A DNA stretch of 64,000 nt from an uncultured Pseudomonadales bacterium (GTDB lineage Bacteria > Patescibacteriota > Microgenomatia > UBA1400 > PJMF01). Below the pieces are notes generated by a model. That model saw only the letters and a list, made by a program, of their open reading frames with translations. It was not told the origin of the DNA and did no database searches. A program made the position numbers and the translations under genes. Below are positions 18,549 through 28,475 of this stretch, in pieces. The stretch covers positions 45,082 through 109,081 of the forward strand of contig CAYWDM010000001.1 in assembly GCA_964457085.1 (NCBI GenBank), read 5' to 3'. Position 1 is the first letter of the stretch, and every line of letters starts with the position of its first letter.

Positions 18549-20402
18549 ATGAATTCAATTGCCAACACTATTACAACTGCACTACATGCCGTTTGGAGTC
18601 AGTTTTTTTCTGAGCTAGAATTTCCCAAAAATTCAGTGATAACTCGTCCCGAGGACTGGCAGTTTGGAGAGTATACGGTTAATTTAGCGATGGTGGCATT
18701 TCCACTGTTACCTGCTGAACTCAAAGCAAAATCACCTAACCCCAGGGCATTAGCTCAGTTATTTGCAGATGAACTCAAAAACGCACTCCCCACAGTCACA
18801 ATCACAGTTGCAGGGCCAGGGTTTATCAACTTTTCATTAAGTTCCAGCGACTTAATTAGTGAGGTTAATTCTGTATCCTCACAAACTAGTTTGCCGACAA
18901 AATTTTCCAACAAACAAGTTATTGTTGAGTTCACTGATCCAAACCCTTTCAAAGAATTTCATATTGGTCATCTCTATAGCAACATCGTTGGTGAATCTAT
19001 CTCAAGATTATTGGAAGTTGGTGGAGCACAGGTACATCGAGCCTGCTATCAGGGTGATGTCGGCATGCATGTGGCAAAATCAATTTGGGGTTTACGATCA
19101 AAGCTAGTAACTGACCAGCTAACCTTGTCTGAACTGGAATTACGCACGTTACCTGATAGAGTGAAATATCTCGGTCAAGCGTATGCTCTCGGTGCAACTG
19201 CATATGAAGAGCAGCCAACTGCAGCTGAAGAAATCAAAGATATTAATTACATGGTATTTATCTTTGGTCAAGAAAATTTAATGAAAGTGATGGATTGGCA
19301 GCCACAAGTTGACTATCGCTCAAAACTTTCTAGTGACCCCAAAAATCTGGATGAGATTCGAGAGCTGTATGTGAAAGGTAGAGCATGGAGCTTGGCATAT
19401 TTCGAAACAATTTATGCACGGCTGGGCACCAAGTTTGAAGAGTATTTTTTCGAAAGTTTGGTTGGAGAGCTAGGCTTACAATTAGTGAGAGAATCACAAG
19501 CAAAAGGTATTTTTGTCGAGAGTCAGGGTGCAGTGATCTATCCAGGTAGTCAGAAAAAACTGCATGACCGAGTCTTTATCAACTCTCACGGATTGCCAAC
19601 CTACGAAGCAAAAGAGCTAGGACTTGCTCCAGAGAAGTATCGACGAATACCCTATGACCACTCAATTATCATCACTGGTAATGAAATCGTTGAGTATTTT
19701 AAAGTACTACTAACTGCACTCAGTGAAATCCATCCAGAACTTGCTGCCAAGACAACTCACTTGTCCCATGGAATGGTACGTTTGCCAGACGGCAAAATGT
19801 CGAGTCGAACTGGCAAGATTCTCACCGGAGAATGGTTACTAGATGAATCAAAAGCTGAAGTTAAAAAGATTCTCGATGTATCTCAAGCAGAGGGCAAGTT
19901 AAAGCTTAGTACAGAGGAGCTTGATCACACTGCAGAATTGATTGGCCAAGCCGCTATTAAGTTTGCATTATTATCAAGTCGACTGGGTAAAGATATTTCA
20001 TTTGATTTTACTAACTCACTATCATTTGCTGGTTTTTCTGGCCCATACTTACAATACACAGTGACACGCTGTCAGAGTGTGCTTTCAAAAGCAGCCGCAC
20101 AGCAGATTCAATTCACCAAAAAACTGGCTGAAACTGAAGCTATAACTGCAGACGAACGATTAGTACTTATTCAGTTATCGAGAGCCCCAGAAGTTACAAC
20201 TCAAGCAATCTCCAATCTATCACCACACATTATCGCTGAATATTTGTTTGCATTGTCTCAATCATTTAACTCGTTTTACACCAACCAGCAAATTCTAAAC
20301 TCAGAGCATTCAAGTTTTAGACTAGCATTAACTGAGATGGTGGCAAAGACTGTGACTAGTGGTCTGTACTTACTAGGAATTACATCTCCTGAGCGGATGT
20401 AG
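18549..20402 (+). CDS. argS: arginine--tRNA ligase
   Basis: Class I aaRS HIGH motif (EFHIGHLYSNIVGE) and KMSK-like motif (GKMSSRTGK); 617 aa with a DALR-like C-terminal anticodon-binding region. Confidence 0.92.
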   Translation: MNSIANTITTALHAVWSQFFSELEFPKNSVITRPEDWQFGEYTVNLAMVAFPLLPAELKAKSPNPRALAQLFADELKNALPTVTITVAGPGFINFSLSSSDLISEVNSVSSQTSLPTKFSNKQVIVEFTDPNPFKEFHIGHLYSNIVGESISRLLEVGGAQVHRACYQGDVGMHVAKSIWGLRSKLVTDQLTLSELELRTLPDRVKYLGQAYALGATAYEEQPTAAEEIKDINYMVFIFGQENLMKVMDWQPQVDYRSKLSSDPKNLDEIRELYVKGRAWSLAYFETIYARLGTKFEEYFFESLVGELGLQLVRESQAKGIFVESQGAVIYPGSQKKLHDRVFINSHGLPTYEAKELGLAPEKYRRIPYDHSIIITGNEIVEYFKVLLTALSEIHPELAAKTTHLSHGMVRLPDGKMSSRTGKILTGEWLLDESKAEVKKILDVSQAEGKLKLSTEELDHTAELIGQAAIKFALLSSRLGKDISFDFTNSLSFAGFSGPYLQYTVTRCQSVLSKAAAQQIQFTKKLAETEAITADERLVLIQLSRAPEVTTQAISNLSPHIIAEYLFALSQSFNSFYTNQQILNSEHSSFRLALTEMVAKTVTSGLYLLGITSPERM

Positions 20403-20437
20403 TTTTTACTGACAGAGAGCTGTTTTTTCAGGGGTGA

Positions 20438-22126
20438 GTGTGTATGATATTGAGTATGTTCAAACGAGCCATAGATTGGTGGTTACTCGGAATCTTGATC
20501 ATAGCTGTGGTAGTTCGCAGTCTTTTTTTTGGACAGCAACCTTCAGGTACTTACTGGGATGAAACTGCAATTCTAGTTGATGCCAAAGCATTAGCTGAAA
20601 CTGGCCGTGATATGCATGGCTTGAGTGGTTGGCAATTAATCTTTCCCTCTTATGGTGATTACAAAATGCCGGTGTTGATCTGGTTGGCTGCAGCCAGTGT
20701 CAAATTTTTTGGTGTTTCAGCTTGGGCCCTGCGACTTCCCAGTTTGTTGGCAGGAATTGCAACAGTCTGGGTAAGCTATGCACTTGCCAAACGAGTCTGG
20801 CCAAATCAGCCACATGCAGCCCATTTTTCAGCCCTCGCTGTTGCACTCGCCCCTTGGGACATTATCTTTTCAAAAACAGCTTTTGAGGGACATGTAGCTC
20901 AGTTTTTTTTGGCACTGTCTGCGTTACTATTGCTATCCAAAAAAAATCGCTGGCTGACTAGCGTACTCGGTGCTTTTTTTGGAGTGGTAGCTACGTATAC
21001 CTATTTTAGCGTCAGATTTGTTTGGCCAATAGTTTTGCTTGGTGTCTGTGCAATTATCTGGAGTGAACTGCCGCTCAAACAAAAATGGAATCTTCGCTCG
21101 ATGCTAAAGCTTGGTTGGTTACAGTTACTATTACCCGCCGTGTTTTTTATTGTTTTGATGATTCCGATGTCAAAGTCACCTTTCTACGATATTTCAAATG
21201 CTTTTAGACTCAATGCGGATTCTGTTCTCAAAAGCCAAGATTGGCCACTGATTTCAAATCAAGATAGAAAAATTGCAGGCAATCAATTTCTTGACAGATT
21301 TGCCTTTCATCGCCACTGGTTAATGGCACAAGCGTTATTTGAGAATTATGGAGATCATCTTAATCTCAGTTATTTATTTTTAAACGGTGATAGTAACTTA
21401 CGTCATGGGACGGGAAGCCACGGTGTGTTTTTACTCATTTGGCTGCCAGCGTTTGTATTGGGTTGGATAGTAATTTGGAGTAAATCACCAGTTGTGGGTG
21501 CCAGTTTACTACTATGGTGGCTTGCAGCTTTGTTACCAGCATCGGTTCCAGAAACCACCCCACATGCATTGAGATCGCTCAACGCTTTAGTCCCACTGTG
21601 TTTGGTGATGGGGCTTGGTGCTAGTTCGATTTTGAGTTGGATCACCCAACTGAATAAAAAAATACCCATCATTGCAGTTAGCTTGGTAATCGCATCAACT
21701 GGGCTGATGGTGGTAAGCATTTGGGATTTTTTGTTGTATTACCACACCAGCTATCAGCAGTTGGCTTACCAAAGTTGGCAAAGTGATTTTAATCGCACCA
21801 TTAATACCATTCTTTTTTTTAGAAAACAAAACCAGCCGGTATATATCGAACATAGTGATGACAAGTTTTTTCTATGGACCCTGCAAAGTGTAGACTTTAG
21901 ACACAAACCAGCCAATATGGTTGAGAAAAATTTTCAATTTACTCAAATTGGTGACCTTCATTTTGGAAAAATTGCACTGAATAATCTACATGAATATTCT
22001 GGTGCATTAATTCTCATCAAACCTGAACGGTTGACTGAACTAACAGCCAACCAAAACCTTCAGCCACAAATCTATCAAACCATAACTGATGCTTCAGGCA
22101 GCTATGTACTAGCTCAAATGCCATGA
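20438..22126 (+). CDS. ArnT/PMT-like GT-C membrane glycosyltransferase (paralog)
   Basis: YWDETAILVDAKAL, FPSYGDYKMPVLIWL, ALRLPSLLAGIATVW and VPETTPHALRSL motifs. A GGGGTGAG RBS precedes the 20438 ATG. Confidence 0.75.
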   Translation: MCMILSMFKRAIDWWLLGILIIAVVVRSLFFGQQPSGTYWDETAILVDAKALAETGRDMHGLSGWQLIFPSYGDYKMPVLIWLAAASVKFFGVSAWALRLPSLLAGIATVWVSYALAKRVWPNQPHAAHFSALAVALAPWDIIFSKTAFEGHVAQFFLALSALLLLSKKNRWLTSVLGAFFGVVATYTYFSVRFVWPIVLLGVCAIIWSELPLKQKWNLRSMLKLGWLQLLLPAVFFIVLMIPMSKSPFYDISNAFRLNADSVLKSQDWPLISNQDRKIAGNQFLDRFAFHRHWLMAQALFENYGDHLNLSYLFLNGDSNLRHGTGSHGVFLLIWLPAFVLGWIVIWSKSPVVGASLLLWWLAALLPASVPETTPHALRSLNALVPLCLVMGLGASSILSWITQLNKKIPIIAVSLVIASTGLMVVSIWDFLLYYHTSYQQLAYQSWQSDFNRTINTILFFRKQNQPVYIEHSDDKFFLWTLQSVDFRHKPANMVEKNFQFTQIGDLHFGKIALNNLHEYSGALILIKPERLTELTANQNLQPQIYQTITDASGSYVLAQMP

Positions 22127-23703
22127 AAAAAATTCTCACTGTATTACAAGCAGAGTGGTTTATTTTATGTTGCATCACACTCATTGCACTGGTAGTGAGA
22201 TTCTGGCACTTAGATACATTGCCTGCAGCTCTCAACAGAGATGAGGCTGCACTTGGATACAACGCCTGGATGCTACAGACAATCGGCAAAGATGAGTGGG
22301 GGAAATCGTGGCCTCTCACCCTAAAGTCATTTGGTGACTATAAGTTACCTGGCTATCCATTAGTAACAATTGTAAGTTTTAGTTTTTTCGGTCGCAGTGA
22401 CTGGAGTGTGCGTTTCCCATCAGCATTAGCTGGCACCCTGCTTCCTCTCGCTGTTTGGTACTTAACCAAGCAATTACAATGGAAAAAAAACAAACGATTA
22501 CTTGCAGCTGTGCTTGTGGCACTACTGCCATTTTCGATATTTTATTCAAGAATGGCATTTGAGGCTAACGTTGCTCTGACACTAATGGTTTGGGTATTTG
22601 GCTTGTTACTTAGGTTCATGCAACAGAAATCAACGTTGATGATCTTGTTGCCACTAAGTATTTGGTTAGCTGCTATTTTTACGTACAACACACCACTTTT
22701 ATTGACCCCATTCCTAATCATTGGATTACTGGTTTGGTTTGGAAAAAATAAAAAACCTCAAACTTTTTTCGCCGTAATCGGCCTATCTTTGGTACTGTTA
22801 ATTTCTACAGCACTACTGTGGCAATTAAATAGTCAAAAGGCCGGAATCAGTATTTTTACTGATCCAACAATCGAGACAAAAATCATCGAAGTCTACACTG
22901 CTAAATCCGGAATTGATCGGTTGTTGGCAAGTCGGTACGTCGTCTATGCTGAAATGCTCAACCAACATTTTTGGGAGAGTTGGTCAAGTAGTTTCTTGGT
23001 AACTCATGGGGGAAGTCACCCTTGGCACACTGTTCCGGGGACAGGTCACATCACTTGGTTTGGGTATCTATTTGGTTGTTTGGGAGTCTTATTGAGTAGC
23101 ATCTCAATCATTCAGACACTACTTAAAAAACAAGATTTATCCCGTACTCAGCGAGGCGAAGGCTTACTGATTTGGTTATTACTTGCCGGCTTAGCACCTT
23201 CTGTTGTGACGGTAGATTCACCACATGCCACTAGAAGCCTCATTTTTATGTTATTACTCGCTGTATTTTCAGCTGTGGGTGTAAGTAATTTTTATGTGTT
23301 TCTCAAAAAAACCGCTCCAAGTGTTTTACTGGCTGCGACAGTTGGCCTCTGGCTATTTGGAACCGGCACTACTGGAAAATATTTAGTCAGCTATTTCACT
23401 GAGTATCCAAATCTGCAGACAATCTTTCAGCCCGGGTTAGAGGTAGCACTCTCACAATTAAAGAAAACAGATAAACCAGTATTAGTTGCTGGTGATGGCT
23501 ATACCTATATTTCAATCGCTTGGTATTTACCGGTTAAACCACAAGCGTTTCTAGACACGATTACCAGACATAAAGTAGATACAATCGGATTTGAACTGGG
23601 CAGATCAGTGGATGTATTTACCATTAGACCAGACTTTAAAACTCCTGATGTCACTAATTCGGCCCAACTAGAATGGACTGCCAGTGGGTGGGTAACTCAC
23701 TAG
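22123..23703 (+). CDS. ArnT/PMT-like GT-C membrane glycosyltransferase (paralog)
   Basis: NRDEAALGYNAWML, LKSFGDYKLPGYPLV, SVRFPSALAGTLLPL and VDSPHATRSL motifs. ATGA overlap with the upstream gene. Confidence 0.75.
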   Translation: MKKILTVLQAEWFILCCITLIALVVRFWHLDTLPAALNRDEAALGYNAWMLQTIGKDEWGKSWPLTLKSFGDYKLPGYPLVTIVSFSFFGRSDWSVRFPSALAGTLLPLAVWYLTKQLQWKKNKRLLAAVLVALLPFSIFYSRMAFEANVALTLMVWVFGLLLRFMQQKSTLMILLPLSIWLAAIFTYNTPLLLTPFLIIGLLVWFGKNKKPQTFFAVIGLSLVLLISTALLWQLNSQKAGISIFTDPTIETKIIEVYTAKSGIDRLLASRYVVYAEMLNQHFWESWSSSFLVTHGGSHPWHTVPGTGHITWFGYLFGCLGVLLSSISIIQTLLKKQDLSRTQRGEGLLIWLLLAGLAPSVVTVDSPHATRSLIFMLLLAVFSAVGVSNFYVFLKKTAPSVLLAATVGLWLFGTGTTGKYLVSYFTEYPNLQTIFQPGLEVALSQLKKTDKPVLVAGDGYTYISIAWYLPVKPQAFLDTITRHKVDTIGFELGRSVDVFTIRPDFKTPDVTNSAQLEWTASGWVTH

Positions 23704-23803
23704 TTACAAGACACCACCGTTCTATCCAGAGGTAAAATAGTTCACTCTTTAAACAAACAGCTACTGTGCAATCAGCTTTGAGTATATAATAGGTTCGATT
23801 TCT

Positions 23804-24583
23804 ATGATTTCAGTGGTACTTGCAACCTACAATGAGTCTCAGAATTTGCCAAATTGTCTCAAGGCAGTTGCTTTTGCTGACGAAATTATTGTGGTTGATG
23901 GTCAATCAACAGACGACACAGTAGCAGTTGCAAAAAGTTTTGGTGCTCGAGTAATTAGCACCACCAACAAAGCCAACTTTCACATCAACAAACAAATGGC
24001 AATTGATGCAGCCAAATTTGATCTAGTTTTACAATTAGATGCCGATGAGATCGTCGATGAGCAACTCACTCGATTTATACTCAAAATTAATACTGATCCA
24101 AAGTTTGAACATACAAAAAATGCTTGGTGGATCAAACGAAAGAACTATTTGCTTGGTCGTTGGCTTTCTAAAGGTGGCCAGTATCCAGATCCCGTAATCC
24201 GATTGCTGCGACGTGGCAAAGCCAAACTCCCGATGAAAGACGTGCACGAACAAATGGTTGTTGAAGGAGAGATTGGATCTGCACAAGGACACTTATTACA
24301 CTATTCAAATCCAACTTTTTCCGATTACCTACGCAAATTTAATACTTATACCTCATTCAAAGCAACTCAATTAGCTGATGCAAAAATCATGCTAACGCCA
24401 GCAAACAGTTTTAGATACCTTTGTTGGCTTCCTAAGATCACTTTTTTGTCACTTTACATTAGACATCGAGGCTATGTAGACGGGGCAGCAGGATTTGTGT
24501 TTGCGTTAATGAGCGGGCTCCACCACGCAGTTAGCTACTTAAAGCTCTGGGAGATCAAAAACTATGGCAATCATACAGATTGA
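23804..24583 (+). CDS. GT2 glycosyltransferase, WaaE/LgtF-like paralog
   Basis: ISVVLATYNESQNL...VAFADEIIVVDGQSTDDTVAVAKSFGARVI...LDADE. A TATATAAT element lies about 15 nt upstream. Confidence 0.8.
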   Translation: MISVVLATYNESQNLPNCLKAVAFADEIIVVDGQSTDDTVAVAKSFGARVISTTNKANFHINKQMAIDAAKFDLVLQLDADEIVDEQLTRFILKINTDPKFEHTKNAWWIKRKNYLLGRWLSKGGQYPDPVIRLLRRGKAKLPMKDVHEQMVVEGEIGSAQGHLLHYSNPTFSDYLRKFNTYTSFKATQLADAKIMLTPANSFRYLCWLPKITFLSLYIRHRGYVDGAAGFVFALMSGLHHAVSYLKLWEIKNYGNHTD

Positions 24584-25619
24584 CACCAGCCCGCTTAATA
24601 CCGGTCATTCAATTAGGGGTATAGGCACATACACCAGGCTTTTAGTTGACGCACTGCAGACTCAGACTCAATTCACCATTCAGCTCACCGGTGAGTCAAA
24701 AAGCTTGAGTAAACCAGACTTAATTCACTATCCCTTTTTTGATTTGTTCAACGCCAGTATTCCACTGATTAAACGTGCTAAAAGAGTGGTTACCATTCAC
24801 GATGTTATTCCATTGTTGTTTCCTAAATACTATCCAGTTGGGAGACGAGGCAAACTTGCCTTATATCGTCAAAAGTTGATGCTCAATACTGTTGATGCGG
24901 TCATTACTGACTCAGCAGTTTCTAAACAAGATATTATTAGAGAATTATCGGTCCCAGATCATAAAATCACTGTAGTGCCACTTGCTGCCAACCCCGCACT
25001 AGAGGCAGTAGATGCGTCACAAATCAAGTTGGTACGTAAACAGTTTAACCTGCCTAAAGAGTATGTGTTGTATGTGGGCGACATTAATTACAACAAAAAT
25101 GTGCCACAACTCATCAAGGCAATGAAGTCATTACCTGAATCACTCGATTTAGTATTGGTTGGCAAAAACTTCTACCCACACGACATTCCTGAATGGCGGT
25201 GGATAGAGGCACAAATTGCACTCAGCAATGTTGTAAATCGGATCCATTTCATTACCACGGTGGCATCAGATGATACGTTGACTATGAGCTCACTGTATTC
25301 GGGAGCTATTTGTTATGTCCAACCGTCACTCTATGAAGGTTTTGGACTGCCAGTACTTGAGGCTATGCGTTGTAATGTGCCAGTCATTGCCAGCAATCGA
25401 GGATCACTTCCAGAGGTGGGTGGTGGCACAATCACGCTAACAGAACCCACTGCCGAAAGTTTTTCAACTGCGATAGCAGAAATACTAGACTGGTCAGACA
25501 CCCACTTAGAACAAAGTTTGCGAAAGCAACGTATTTGGTTAAAACATTTTTCGTGGCAGGAAACTGCTCTACAAACAGCTGCAGTGTACGCAAAAGTATT
25601 ATCTATAAAGAATCTATGA
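24564..25619 (+). CDS. GT4 (Glycos_transf_1) glycosyltransferase
   Basis: YVQPSLYEGFGLPVLEAMRCNVPVIASNRGSLPEV: canonical GT4 E-x7-E region. Confidence 0.85.
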   Translation: MAIIQIDTSPLNTGHSIRGIGTYTRLLVDALQTQTQFTIQLTGESKSLSKPDLIHYPFFDLFNASIPLIKRAKRVVTIHDVIPLLFPKYYPVGRRGKLALYRQKLMLNTVDAVITDSAVSKQDIIRELSVPDHKITVVPLAANPALEAVDASQIKLVRKQFNLPKEYVLYVGDINYNKNVPQLIKAMKSLPESLDLVLVGKNFYPHDIPEWRWIEAQIALSNVVNRIHFITTVASDDTLTMSSLYSGAICYVQPSLYEGFGLPVLEAMRCNVPVIASNRGSLPEVGGGTITLTEPTAESFSTAIAEILDWSDTHLEQSLRKQRIWLKHFSWQETALQTAAVYAKVLSIKNL

Positions 25620-27292
25620 AATGGTTTTGGTGGTACTTTTTAGTTATTGTAAGCGTTCTGATTGCAGGTCGTGTCTATCTGCATGCAGGTTTTCCATACA
25701 CCCATGACGGTGAAAATCATTTAGCACGATTTGCGAATTATAAATTGGCTCTCAAAGAGGGGCAATTTCCTCCTAGGTTTGCTCCAAACTTGCTCAATCG
25801 ATATGGCTATCCAGTTTTTAATTACAACTACCCACTCGCAAATATCCTCTCAATCCCATTTAGTGCCGCACACATTCCTTACGAGACCACATTTAAGTTT
25901 TTGTCCCTAATCGCTATTGGTTTACTGGTAGTAGGTGTGGCAAATTGGCTGTATTTCCTAAAATTAACTAGATTAGGTCAATTTGCAGGTGTGCTGGCTG
26001 TTGTGAGTAGTCCCGTAGTCATCAATATGACTTTCTTTCGAGGTAATATTGGAGAGCTCTGGGCAATTGCATTGATGAGCATGGTGCTGTGGCAAATCGA
26101 ACAGTATTTACAGAAAAAATGTACTGCTCATTGGCAAATTTGGCTTTGGACTGCATTACTACTCTCGCACAATGTTACAGCTATCTTTGCAGTCCCAATT
26201 CTTTGGGGATATGCAGCAACCAGAACCTGGCAACTTGGCTTAAAACCTGCAGTATTACTACCGCAACTGCGGTCATTTCTGATTTCATTGCTGTTAGTAG
26301 CTTGGTTTTGGGTGCCAGCAATTTTTGAAAAAAAATTAATTGTGCTGGACGGTGCCGGATCCATCAATCAGTTCGTCGGTCATTTCGCCACACTCTCACA
26401 AATTATAGCTGCACCAATTCGATTTGGTTTTTCATATGTCGGTCAAGTTGATACCTTGAGTTTTGGAATTGGCTTAGCTGTCGTTATCAGCTTGTTGCTA
26501 GTTGCCAGTGCCTTACTGAGACTGATTGGAGAGTTTGTGACAAAGAAACCAGTTATAGATCTCCCATCATGGCTGCCCGCTTCATTTATGGCCACCCTCG
26601 GTTTCATTTGGTTACAACTACCCAGTAGCCTATATGTTTGGCAACAGATTGATATTCTGAAGTATGCCCAATTTCCTTGGAGGTTTGGAATATTTGCATT
26701 ACTGTTCTCACTACCACTAATTGGTTGGGCAACAAGTTCCACAACCCTAAACAAACCACTCAGAATACTGTTGTGGCTGGCACTAGCAATACAAATTGCC
26801 CAAACCATTCCACTCAAAGCACTTGAATATTTTAGCCATGATGGGGATTATTACGACTCATATGGACAATCTACCAGCACTCAAAACGAAAATAGAGCTA
26901 AAGACTTTGAATATTTAAATATTGGCGATTGGCAACCAACTGCAAAAATCATTTCTGGTGATGGTGTGGTGACTACTCAGTCTTGGCGCGGCTCAAATCG
27001 TCAGTATCAAGTTGTGACCACGACTCCGAGTACAGTAGTCGAACCTACGATGGTATTTGCTGGCTGGGAAACATATGTGGATGGTAAGTTGGTGGATTAT
27101 CAGGATTCTGATGAAATTGCTGGTCGACTTGCTTATGCTTTAGATGCTGGGACACATGAAATCAACAGTACTTTTACCCAACACACTTGGCCAAGAATGT
27201 TGGGAAATTCCATCAGCGTAGTAACAGTTGTGTTGCTGAGTATAGCAACTGGATATCGAGTATTTCGACGAAAACATGTCACAGCTCATTAA
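25616..27292 (+). CDS. polytopic membrane protein, GT-C-like (paralog of 3646..5394)
   Basis: Start at ATG 25616 (MKWFWWYF), giving an ATGA overlap with the upstream stop. Shares the HAGFPYTHDGENHLAR and LKYAQFPWR blocks with the 3646 protein. Confidence 0.5.
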   Translation: MKWFWWYFLVIVSVLIAGRVYLHAGFPYTHDGENHLARFANYKLALKEGQFPPRFAPNLLNRYGYPVFNYNYPLANILSIPFSAAHIPYETTFKFLSLIAIGLLVVGVANWLYFLKLTRLGQFAGVLAVVSSPVVINMTFFRGNIGELWAIALMSMVLWQIEQYLQKKCTAHWQIWLWTALLLSHNVTAIFAVPILWGYAATRTWQLGLKPAVLLPQLRSFLISLLLVAWFWVPAIFEKKLIVLDGAGSINQFVGHFATLSQIIAAPIRFGFSYVGQVDTLSFGIGLAVVISLLLVASALLRLIGEFVTKKPVIDLPSWLPASFMATLGFIWLQLPSSLYVWQQIDILKYAQFPWRFGIFALLFSLPLIGWATSSTTLNKPLRILLWLALAIQIAQTIPLKALEYFSHDGDYYDSYGQSTSTQNENRAKDFEYLNIGDWQPTAKIISGDGVVTTQSWRGSNRQYQVVTTTPSTVVEPTMVFAGWETYVDGKLVDYQDSDEIAGRLAYALDAGTHEINSTFTQHTWPRMLGNSISVVTVVLLSIATGYRVFRRKHVTAH

Positions 27293-28469
27293 ACTACCCT
27301 GGGTACAGCGAGAGTCTGACACTCCCATTTGGCTGAAAATTGCCTACCTAGTTTTAATGTGGCGAATTGCACTTGGAGTAGTTGGAGTCATAGCTAGCAG
27401 AATTTTGCCATATCAGCCAAGTTTTCCCTATTCTGAAAACCTACTACAGCGACCAATGGCACCAAGCATTGCAAAGTGGGGTGGGTTTGACGGCGTGCAT
27501 TACCTGACAATTATTGACAGAGGATACGCCGGAACTGGACTAATTCAAGCATTTTTCCCAATCTTTCCAGTAACGGTAAAACTGGCAGCTAAATTTGTTG
27601 AACCAGTGGATCCGGTGTTAGTTGGTCTAACCCTCAATCTATTTCTTACTTGGCTGGCGGCTGTCATTGCCTGGTATTTACTACGTCGAGATGTGAGCGA
27701 GCAACAAGCTTGGTTTGGCATACTAGCACTGTTACTTTTTCCCACTAGTTTGTTTTTTGGTGCCCTCTACAGCGAAGCTCTTTTTCTGTGTCTGTCACTG
27801 TGGGCACTACTGGCGATGCGTCAACAGCGGTGGTGGCTATCAGCGGGATTAATTGCCATAGCGAGTGCTACTCGAATAACCGGCATATTTTTACTCATAC
27901 CATTAGCTTGGGAGTGGGCAAGTGCTCGACACTGGCATGGCCACAAATTAGCAAAACAATCACCACAGTTAGTGGCACTACTAGCAATTGGAACCCTTGG
28001 TCTACTTGGCTACATGCTCTATCTCTGGAGATTTTTTGGTGACCCGCTCTATTTTTTGCATGTACAAGCTGAATTTGGTGCCGGTCGATCAGAGACGATT
28101 ATTATCTATCCACAAGTTGTCTGGCGTTACCTGAAGATGCTGATCACAGTCAAACCTCATGACTGGAAATTTTTCTCGATTTGTCTCGAGTTTCTAGCAG
28201 GGACGCTGCCAATGCTGGCGTTACTAAAATGGTGGCGATTAGTGAGACCAAGTTATCTGCTCTATGGCTTAGCTTGTTTTCTGTTACCAACCGTTACCGG
28301 TACTTTTTCAAGCATGCCTCGTTATTTATTAGTCGTTTGGCCAATTTTCTTGGGATTGGCGATCTGGAGTAAAAAACACACCCCAAGTTTCATTCTTTAC
28401 CTGATTTTTTCAACAGTCTTGCTTATAATCAACACCGTGCTATTCATTCAGGGATACTGGGTAGCCTAA
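27276..28469 (+). CDS. polytopic membrane protein, possible PIG-V/GT76-like or GT87-like mannosyltransferase
   Basis: WGGFDGVHYLTIIDRGY block resembles the W-D-x-x-H-F-x-x-I-A-x-x-GY motif of PIG-V-type mannosyltransferases; 8-10 TM helices. Assignment is tentative. Confidence 0.35.
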   Translation: MSQLIKLPWVQRESDTPIWLKIAYLVLMWRIALGVVGVIASRILPYQPSFPYSENLLQRPMAPSIAKWGGFDGVHYLTIIDRGYAGTGLIQAFFPIFPVTVKLAAKFVEPVDPVLVGLTLNLFLTWLAAVIAWYLLRRDVSEQQAWFGILALLLFPTSLFFGALYSEALFLCLSLWALLAMRQQRWWLSAGLIAIASATRITGIFLLIPLAWEWASARHWHGHKLAKQSPQLVALLAIGTLGLLGYMLYLWRFFGDPLYFLHVQAEFGAGRSETIIIYPQVVWRYLKMLITVKPHDWKFFSICLEFLAGTLPMLALLKWWRLVRPSYLLYGLACFLLPTVTGTFSSMPRYLLVVWPIFLGLAIWSKKHTPSFILYLIFSTVLLIINTVLFIQGYWVA

Positions 28470-28475
28470 AATACT

